In this document: positions 53,834-64,000 of the stretch, piece by piece
Numbering within the stretch: the stretch's first letter is position 1
Layout of the letters: each line of letters starts with the position of its first letter
Source of the DNA: the human T2T-CHM13v2.0 reference genome, Homo sapiens
DNA: 64,000 nucleotides
Direction: 5' to 3'
Assembly (NCBI GenBank): GCA_009914755.4
Contig: CP068257.2
Coordinates: 14,016,001-14,080,000 of the forward strand
Notes under the pieces: generated by a model
The model's database searches: none
Seen by the model: the letters and a program-made list of their open reading frames with translations, nothing else
What the model was told of the DNA's origin: nothing
Position numbers and translations under genes: made by a program

Positions 53834-54333
53834 ATCATTTTCGGTCTACTCAATGTAATTTCCAAATTAATCTACCTCCAAGTTGAATAGGCAATTAAAC
53901 TAGTTGAAACACTTAATGACTGTTAAACTTTTAACTGTGTGCTCCTGAAGAAAATAAAATTTTCAAAAGGAAAGCAACACTTTTTCCAAATGTAAGTTTA
54001 CAGCCATTGTTATATAAATATGCTTTTTCTTTTGCTTATCTAGGCAATAGATTAATACCTGTCCTTAAGAAGTATACCGTTTAGTATCTTTAAAGTATAA
54101 ATATTTGCAAACAAATCCCTTTACTATTCTTTTAACTGTATACGTGGCAAACTTCAAAAGTAGAAGGAATTAGGAGGCTAAAGTTTTATGAAGGATGGTC
54201 ATTTTCTAGGCCTTTAAGATTTGTTGATTAGAAAAAATGTCCTGATGTACTAAGCAGTCCATAAGAACTCTAGTTTAAATGACCAAAAGAAATGTAAACT
54301 TAGAATGGCAGGTAAATTTGGGTTGGTAGGTAA

Positions 54334-54762
<429 letters not shown>

Positions 54763-57573
54763 TCAATTTATCAAAACACTTTGAGAGTGTTTTAAGGTCA
54801 TGGAATAATCCCCAATATATGTTATTAAATGAAAATACAGCAAGGTAAACAGTAGAGGGTATTCGATGCTTTTTTCCCCCTCTGATTTCTATATGCTTGT
54901 ATATGCACAGAATATGTCTCCAAGGATAGAAAAGAAACTTGTAAGAATAATTGGCAGTGGAGAAGAAAACAAGGGAATTGGATGAAATATTGTCATCTGT
55001 ATATCCTTTTGAAATTTTGCAATTTATCTCTTTATGTATATATTGTCTACTTTAAAAATCTACACAGGTGCCAGGGACCTAGTTCTACTGAATCAGAATT
55101 TCTGGGATCCGGCTGAGGCACTTGTATTTGTAGCAGCTGTAACTCCCATTTGGCACTTACTGCCTTCCTTTAAGGGATATCCGCCTGAAAGTATAAGTTT
55201 TATCCCATCAACTAGATAAGCACATGGTGAGGAAGGGGGATCTTATGCTTCTGTTGACAAGGGTAGTGCAGAGGTATAACTATGATTCTCCTATTACCTT
55301 ACATTATAGTGAGGAAGAGTTTTGGAAATAAATTTCAACATAATAGGATTACGAGATCCTTAAAATTGTTCACTTTTGATTGTTCCAGGCCAAATGTCAG
55401 TAAGTGCCAACAATATGATATTCACACCAACTCTTGTTTTTTGAAGGGCATAATAATGAATTAATTAAACTCTAGATACCTAAAAGGCAGAGTAAAATCT
55501 AAAGCTAGAACTGCAGTCCTTGGGGATGTATGGTTATCAGATACAGAAGTCACATTACATTGCAGACAGGTTCCCTATCTCTAGGATGATAGATGTAGGG
55601 CAACCCAGTGGTTCCTAAACTTCTCTTCCATCATTGTGTCTCCAGCAAGCACAGGTTTTGCAGAACATCCATGAAGATCTGGTGTCCCACTATTTTGTTT
55701 TGGACACAGTGCTGTAATTCAGACCCTTTCCAGCCTCATGGCCAACCTATATTGTACACAGTTTGAGCTGGCTCTTCTTAGTTCTGTTTGTGTCTCCCTT
55801 CACTTAGTACATACACATTCCTAAAATGCTCTTTGAATGAATAAATTAATGGATGAATCCCTTTTTGTGATGCCCTGGGTCTTTTTATGTTCAATTCTTC
55901 TGCTAACAAACCGTCCTTCCCACCTTTTATTTTTATTCCTTCCTCTAACTGATCCCAAGTGGCGAACAACTTGTATTAGTTAACCAGCCATGTTTGGGTT
56001 GTAACTCGCAAGTTTTAGCATTGCATAGTCTGGTGAAAGTTCACTCCCTTGGGTTTGGAGGTTCATGTGTGCTGTTCAAATTAATGTGTCTTCATTCATG
56101 TTTAATTATAAAGACGTTTTTCTTTGGAGTGATATCATCTGTAATCTGGCAATTATTAAGACATTCTTAACATTCATTTCTTATAGAATGTATACAATTA
56201 GAAGTACTACAAAATACAACTGCATGATACATTCTGTTACTTAGGAAAAACTAGGCCAGTCAGGTTTCATTGTTATAAATGACAAAAATCAATTCTGACT
56301 TTAAGAAAGAAGTACATTGGAAACCTACCTGGCAGCTGATAGAAGTAAAAAAAAATGGATGGAGAAATTGGCTTGGAAAAAAAACCCCAGCCGAAGAGAT
56401 GACCTTTAGCAGCCAATGCAGTGTGTTGCTACATTCTTGGCTGAACACTGGATGCCACTCATGAAGCCTTCAACACCACCACCATGCTACCACCCCTCAC
56501 CACCATTCCAACAACCAGAATGAATTCTAACCCTCTGTGTTCCTTTGCCTCACTAGATAAAGATTCAGTGGGCTTTGGGGGGCTTTGCGAGAGTTCATTG
56601 TAGGGATCTGAGAGAGCAAGTATCTGGCATTTTGGATTTCTTTGGTAGTACGTGGAGCCCTATGTCTCACTAAGAGTCACATAATGGCCAATTGCCTGAA
56701 CACAGGGTTCAGAGAATGGGCTGTCCCACCCAAAAACACAACCCCTGATACATCCTCTACAAAGTGCAGGCACCTTCTAGAAATAGACTTATTTTGATGG
56801 TATTGTGGAAAGAAAACATGCAGCAGATATGAGTTTCTAGGAAGACTTGAAATAAAGGCAGATATATCCAGAACATCAGAATGAGATTTTTTAATGGCTA
56901 AGTATAGGGTCACTTTTGGCAATGGTTACGTAAGAAAGCGATATCAAAATGTATGCACAGCTGTAGATAATTCTGTTTAAGTGGAATGCAGATTCTGCAA
57001 TGTTCAAGAAGTATGATTGTCATTTGTAAGGGGTTTTCTTCAATGTCTCCTATTTCCTGGCTTGATTTTGCAGAGACTGTCACATGTACATAATTGTTTC
57101 AAAATAACACAACAGGCTCATGATCATTTAGTCTACGTTTCTGTGGACTAAATGCAAGCAAAGGTGAAGGGAAGGTCAAATTTTCAGTACCTTCCTTCTG
57201 CAGGATGGGAGCTGAGGCTCATGCTGACAATTACTTCTACTTCATTCTTTATCTACCAGAGGATTCTATCAGATAATACCTTCTCTGTGAAACCACGACT
57301 TATTTTTCTATGATGGGCCCATTTCTCCTCTCTTTGAACCTCAGTAATTTTATAAAATAATTTTGTTTCTTAATGTTTCATATTTCATTGTCTATATCTT
57401 GATTCTCTCAGAGAATTATGAACTGTGTGAAAGACTATATTATTTAGGCAAAGTTAGACATTCTCTATTCCTAGTTTCCTTATTACCTTGTCCACTATGA
57501 CATTGTTTCTCTAGCTGATTTCCAAGTCACAAGTCTGTAGGCTCCTGGGGATAGAAATAGTTGTTGTTTTTTT

Positions 57574-58308
57574 TAACCACGATGAGATACCATCTCACAC
57601 CAGTCAGAATGGCTATTATTAGAAAGTAAGAAAATAATAAATGCTGGTGAAGCTGTGGAGAAAAGGGGACACTTATACACTGTTAGTGAGAGTGTAAGTT
57701 AGTTCAACCATTGTGGAAAGCAGTGTGGGGATTCCTCAAAGAGCTGAAAACAGAACTACCATTCAACCCAGCAATCCCATTACTGGGTATATTCCCAGAA
57801 GATATAAATTATTCTACCACAAAGACATGTGCAAACAAATGTTCATTGCAGCACTATCCACAATAGCAATGACATGGAATCAATCTAAACGTCCATCAAT
57901 GACAGACTTAATAAAGAAAATGTGGTACATGTACCCCATGGAATACTATGCAGACATATAAAAGACCAAGATCATGTCTTTTGCAGGAACATGGATGGAG
58001 ATGGAGGCCGTTATCCTCCACCAACTAACGCAGGAACAGAAAACCAAATACCTCATGTTCACACTTAAAAGTGGGGGCTAAATTATTAGAATTCATGGAC
58101 ACAAAGAAGGAAACGACAGACACTGGGTGTTGCTACTTGAGGGTGGAGGCTGGAAGGAGGGAGAGGAGAAGCAAAAATAACTACTGGGTACTAGGCTTAG
58201 CACCTGGGTGATAAAATAATCTGTACAACCAATCCTTGTGACATGAGTTTACCTGTATAACAAACCTGCACATGTACCCTGTGAACCTAAAATAAAAGAT
58301 AAAAAAAG
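57574..58308 (+). mobile_element. LINE-1 3'-terminal fragment (L1PA/PB-type)
   Basis: 'accacgatgagataccatctcacaccagtcagaatggctattattagaaagtaagaaaataataaatgctggtgaagctgtggagaaaaggggacacttatacactgttagtgagagtgtaagttagttcaaccattgtggaaagcagtgtgg...'. Track ORF 57713-57961 is an ORF2 C-terminal remnant ('...MFIAALSTIAMTWNQSKRPSMTDLIKKMWYMYPMEYYADI'). It ends at '...gtataacaaacctgcacatgtaccctgtgaacctaaaataaaagataaaaaaag'. Confidence 0.88.
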
Positions 58309-58467
58309 AAATGTAATAGGTTTGTTATCTTTGTCCATGGTACTGAAAATTGAAAGAACCAATGAGAAGAGACCATTTGTTTATCTTAAGTGAGCTTGAC
58401 TTATACAAGATGTGAACAAAATTCCCATTTACTTGGTAAAATTATTATATTTTTGGAGTTCCAATGA

Positions 58468-58787
<320 letters not shown>

Positions 58788-59383
58788 TCATGCTATTTTA
58801 TTTTAAGAAGTTAATCCTAACATGCCATTTGAAAAAGAGTGCCACATCACCTACTCTTTAAAAATGGAAAAATAAATAAATTTAAAGATTGAATGCAAGC
58901 CCTTAATATAAGAATGCATGTCATTCTGATCTATTATTACTCTCCTGACAAAGATCTGCAGAAGAGAGTGATATTTATAAATAAATACCATGGTGTATCT
59001 TTTCCAATTCACTTCAAATAATGATGGCAAGTGAGACACTGTTGCAAAATCCATTTCTATCATTTAAGGCAGCATATGCTAGAGACAAGACACTGGATTA
59101 GGAGTCAAAAGACCTGGGTTCTTTTTTTTTTATTCAATAAATATTTACTGAGGTTTTATGATAGATATAAGTTTTAACACAACCAAATACTTGCTGTGTA
59201 ATATTGGCAAATTACTCAACCACTCTAAGGCTAGGTTTCTGCATTTGGAGAATGGAGAGTATGCCCTGCCTTGTTCCACGGGACAGTTAGTGAGAGTCAA
59301 ATGAGACACACTGTATGTTGAAGTGATTTGTATATGGTAAAGCACTAAATAAAGTTATATTAGTTATAATAAATTAGAAAAAT

Positions 59384-59453
59384 AGGTCAGTGCAAAAATA
59401 ATGGCCATTCCCTTTAATGGCAAAAACCACAATTACTTTTGCACCAACCTAAT
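59384..59453. mobile_element. MADE1 (Hsmar1 MITE) with a ~12-bp internal deletion
   Basis: 'ataggtcagtgcaaaaataatggccattccctttaatggcaaaaaccacaattacttttgcaccaacctaa'. The right half is canonical and the left half is degraded or deleted. Confidence 0.75.
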
Positions 59454-59479
59454 ATGTACTATAGTTATTGCTCTATTTT

Positions 59480-59968
<489 letters not shown>

Positions 59969-59976
59969 AAAATTGG

Positions 59977-60225
59977 TTTTAAAAGAAGTGTGACACCTCT
60001 TTCCCCTCTCTCCTTGTTTTCCTCTCCCACCATGTGATTTCTGTGTAGTCGGCTCCTTTTCCCCTTTCATCATTAGTGGAAGCAGCCTAAAGCCCTCACT
60101 AGAAGCAGATGCTGGTATTATGCTTCTTACACAGCCTGCAGAATCATGAGCCAAATAAACCATTTTTCTTTATAAATTATCCAGCCTCAGTTATTCCTTT
60201 ATAGAAACATAAACAGACTAAGACA
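59977..60225 (+). mobile_element. ERVL LTR (MLT2-type), 3' part (continuation of 59480-59644)
   Basis: 'gttttaaaagaagtgtgacacctctttcccctctctccttgttttcctctcccaccatgtgatttctgtg...gatgctggtattatgcttcttacacagcctgcagaatcatgagccaaataaaccatttttctttataaattatccagcctcagttattcctttatagaaacataaacagactaagaca'. It matches the MLT2 3' end '...cctgcagaaccgtgagccaattaaacctcttttctttataaattacccagtctcaggtat...'. Confidence 0.65.
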
Positions 60226-61808
60226 ACTATAGTATATTAGTGCAATAAAATTATATTTATTAAAAAGCACTGTGGTTATCTATTGGAGCCAATTCCTAAC
60301 TTTCACAATTTCAGTACTTCCAAAATACTGTAATAACTCATAGCAATGTCATACATTTGAATTGTTCTTTACCATTTCAGAGTGCCTGCAAATAATTCAT
60401 CTTTGATCTTTCCAACATTAAAAAGTGAAACAACATTCTTTGCTTTATTTCTTCATGCACATATTTCTAGGATTATATTTTCTATATAGTTACATAATTG
60501 TTTCTAACCTAGAGCTCAAGTAGCTTTTGAATGGTACTTGGATAAAGATGAAATTTTGATCCAATTTATTTCTACTCCAATTTCTTGAAGGTTCACTATA
60601 ATGATAAATGAGACGTGAGAGACATAAAGAGCTGTCAGATCAGTTTTATTTCTAGTTCTTGCAAAATGCCCAATGACAGTAGAAATCTATAGCAGTGGAT
60701 CTCAATTTTTTTGGTCCTAAGGCTGTTTTACTCTTAAAATTTATTGAATACCACATTGAGATTTCATGTCTGTAGGTTATATCTATTATTATTTATTGAA
60801 TTTTTAAAGATGTATTTATTACTTCATTAAAAATAACAAGATACCCATTATATTTTAATATAAATAATAATGTTATTAAAATAACCATATTTTCCAAAAC
60901 AAAAAACAGTGAGAACTATGACTGTGTTGTTTTTGATTTTTGCATCTAAAACACCTGTTAAACTAAGGTCTGGTTCAACAGAAGACAATGAAATCATCTA
61001 ATCCGCCTTCACTGTCAATCTGATACCATACATTGTTTGAAGTATATGAAAAATATCTAGCCTCACACAGATACATGGTTGGAAGCAGTTGTATCTTGCC
61101 AAGCCTCTGAAAAGGTTTTGACTACCTCCACAAATCCATCAACCAAATTTTAAAATGGCCACTGTCTGAGTCCATATTTACATTGCAATATATAATCATG
61201 GCTTTCTTTTATACATGCTGATTTCTCTAGCAAGCTACTGCTCCACAGCAATCTTGGATTTCTCTCCTGAAAATTCGCTTTCCTTCTCTATCACACGGCC
61301 AGGCTGTGCATTTTCCAAATTTTTATGCTCTGCTTCTCTTTCAGTCATAAATCCCAACTTTAGTTCACTCCTTTGCTCTCATATCTGATCATAAGCTGTT
61401 AAAATCAGCCATGCAACTTCTTTAATGCTTTGCTTAGAAGTTTCTTCTGCCAGATTCATTAAGGTTATCATTCTTAAGTTCAGTGTCCCACAAAGCCCTA
61501 GGGAAGGGACACCATGCAGGCTAATTCTTTGCTACTGTGTAACAATGTGACCTTTGTTCCAGTTCCCAATAAGTTCCACATTTCCATATGAGGCCTAGTT
61601 AGCCTAGCCTTCACTATTCATATCTCTATCGGCATTTTGGTTACAACCACTTAACCAGTTTCTAAGAAGTTTTAAAGTTTTCCTCATCATCCTGGATTCT
61701 TCTGAGCCCTCCAAACTCTTCCATCGTCTGCTCTTTACCCAGTTATAAAGCCACTTCCACATTTTCCGGTATCTTTATAGAAATATGTCTCTGCTCAGTA
61801 CCAATTTT

Positions 61809-62228
61809 CTGTCTTAGCCCATTTGTATTGCTATAAAGGAATACCTGAGATTGGATAATCCATAAAGAAAAGAGGTTTATTTGGCTCACATTTTTGCAGG
61901 CTGTATAGGAAGCATGGCACCAGCATCTGCTTCTGGTGAGGGCCTCAGGAAGTTGCCAATCATGGTGGAAGGAGAAGGGGAGCCAGTGTGTATAGATTAC
62001 ATGGCAAGAGACAAGCAAGAGGGAGGTGCCAGGCTCTTTTTAACAACCAGTTCTTATGGGAACTAAGAGTGAGAACTCACTCCCAAGAGAATGACACCAA
62101 GCCATTTATAAGGGATCTGCCCTCACGATCCAAAAACCTCCCGCCAGGCCCTACCTTCAACATTGGGGATCAAATTTCAACAAGAGACTTGGTGAGGGCC
62201 AAAGAAACCGTATCCAAACCATACCAGC
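61809..62228 (-). mobile_element. MaLR solo LTR (MST/MLT1-like)
   Basis: Same minus-strand architecture as 38921-39296: 'tgtcttagcccatttgtattgctataaaggaatacctgagattggataatccataaagaaaagaggtttatttggctcacatttttgcaggctgtataggaagcatggcaccagcatctgcttctggtgagggcctcaggaagttgccaatcatggtggaaggagaagggg...aacattggggatcaaatttcaacaagagacttggtgagggccaaagaaaccgtatccaaaccatacca'. Track ORFs 61743-62018, 61881-62066 and 61988-62350 lie inside it. Confidence 0.8.
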
Positions 62229-62894
62229 TCGTTTGCAGTGTAGGGGGTGTAAGTGCAAAAGCTTTGAAGTCACACAAAACTCCTACCTTGGTTCAAACTG
62301 GTTTAACAGGTTTGGGTTGTGTGCCCTTGATCTGTTTACTTCAACTATAAGCCACAGCTTCTGTTTCTGTAAAAAGAGGGTAATTATTCCAACTTTACTG
62401 GATTATTATAAAAATTAAATGATAAGTGTAAAGTGCCTAGCACAGGTACTGGCACATAGCAAGAATATAAAAAATAGTGTCTGTCCCTAAATGTATCATA
62501 TTTTCCCACATCTCCCTCAAAATAGAAGGCCTGGAATAGCCATCTCAGCTCACCTGAGAGTAAGACCAACCTTAGAGAGAAGGTTCTGAAATTAAAACTC
62601 ATGGGATCTAATTTTAAAATATGCTATTCTATTTTTATATATACAGGATTTATTCAGTCATCATTCCCATACATTTAATGGTATTTATAGTATCATAGTC
62701 CAACCTGAAAGCTATGGTAGATTTGAACAGAATTATCCAATGAACCTTCATATTAAAGAAATTTCATGAGTTGTTCTTGATGACAAACAGACCAAACTAA
62801 TAAGCTAAGGCAGTGGTAGATTATTCTATTCATATCTCATTTTATAAACTGATATTAAATATACTAAACATACTGAAAATGTTTTCTTAAAGCC

Positions 62895-63025
62895 TAGAAA
62901 GTAGTTATTCATTTCAAATTATCTCACATTATAAATTCTTTTCAAATTAGTTCAAATTAAAAGTTCATTTCAAATTGCAAATGAGTTATTCATTTCAAAC
63001 TGAAATTTATTTCAATTATACTTAG
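62895..63025. repeat. Degenerate tandem repeat built on 'ttcatttcaaa(t/c)t(g)'
   Basis: 'agttattcatttcaaattatctcacattataaattcttttcaaattagttcaaattaaaagttcatttcaaattgcaaatgagttattcatttcaaactgaaatttatttcaattatac' contains at least 4 decayed units. Confidence 0.6.
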
Positions 63026-64000
63026 TGAGCACCCATGCTGTTAAATGTCATTGTGCAGAATCCAAAAATGATAGCATTTTTGCCTAACATTTAAGTTTTT
63101 TTCTTTTCTTTCTATTTGCTAATAGCATGGTTTGCCTAGAAATAAATTTCTGATTTCCTATATCGCTGATATGTGTTTTTTAAAATTAAAGACATTGACA
63201 CCTGAGCTTTGTGTCTTTTCTACTATTCAAGAGAGAATACAAATAAGTATCAAGAGTCTGAAACTAAAGTAGCTGCCTAGGAATTACTAAACAAATTCTT
63301 TTGCACATGATCTGATATTTTAAATCATACAGAAATATCACTGGAATAGTCCCCTTCTTAGACTGGCAGATTTTTGACCTGACCTCGCTTAACCCTGCTT
63401 CTTGTCTTGTCTTCCTAGACTCAGAACATTCAATCCCAACTACTTTTTCTTGCTGCTCATCTAACAATTTTAATTTCTCAACTTACAGGTCACAAGGAAG
63501 TCTTAATAAAATAGCAAGTATGTGCTAACATTTATTTAGTACCTTGTGCCTTAAAGTATTCCAGGAACTTTATGTGTACTAAATCATTTAGTCATCAAAA
63601 TAACTGTATATTATTCTTTTCATTTTATAGATGATGGAACCAACACAGAGAAAATAGGTCAGAAAGGGTTATGTCAGAAAAACAGAATACTCTCTAGGTG
63701 GTGTTGGGGCCGAGAAACCAATATCCCAAATATGGCACTCTGACATGCTGAACTAAAGAAGAAACCTCAATGTCTCTGTGACCACTCCCTTCCCCCATCT
63801 CTCATTCTCTGTGTCTTCCAAAGCACAGAATGAAGTTGTTCTCTGAAGTTTCCTTCTCTCTCTAAAGTCTGGACCCACATAAGAAGAAAAAAAAACCCTA
63901 TGAACCCTTTTCTGAGTTTTCATGAACTGAATTCATATCACAGAAAGACAGGCTGAAGTTTGTCAACACACTTGAACAGACATATATCCCAAGCCATTGT

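Noticed and set aside
55070-55120. 'ctactgaatcagaatttctggg' motif reminiscent of a common mammalian DNA-transposon or MER fragment
   Set aside because: The match is too short (about 25 bp) to call.
61743-62350. 91-aa minus-strand ORF and 120-aa plus-strand ORF
   Set aside because: They lie inside the MaLR LTR at 61809-62228. LTRs are non-coding.

Overview
This window is primate (almost certainly human or great-ape) nuclear DNA, not a prokaryotic or viral locus. It is visibly AT-rich and CpG-poor, and I see no CpG island, tRNA, rRNA, CRISPR array or supportable protein-coding exon.

Recognisable interspersed repeats cover roughly a third or more of the window:
- about 22 Alu SINEs (AluJ/AluS/AluY-like) in both orientations, several with intact target-site duplications;
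- at least 7 LINE-1 fragments, one with a twin-priming-type 5' inversion and one with an 18-bp TSD;
- one 5'-truncated SVA (hominid-specific);
- 3 MaLR LTRs (THE1/MST-like), 5 ERVL-type LTRs (MLT2-like) and 1 MLT1-like LTR;
- 3 MADE1 (Hsmar1 MITE) palindromes, 1 clear MIR, and many microsatellites, including (CA)27, (GT)18, (GAAA/GGAA)n and a compound (TA)(CA)(GA)n.

The ORFs in the supplied six-frame track are essentially all spurious: read-through of Alu, L1 ORF2 remnants, SVA VNTR, LTR sequence or low-complexity runs. I found no previously undescribed biological system.

The observations most worth a second look are structural. They are the SVA insertion, an L1 with an inverted 5' segment, a small retrocopy-like insert with AATAAA, A-rich tail and 15-bp TSDs, nested Alu insertions with clean TSDs, MADE1 hairpins (the known source of miR-548-type precursors), and two unclassified GC(A/T)-rich segments flanking an L1M fragment that carry long antisense ORFs.

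All coordinates are by-eye estimates (about ±10 bp). Family names come from remembered consensus hallmarks, not a database search.
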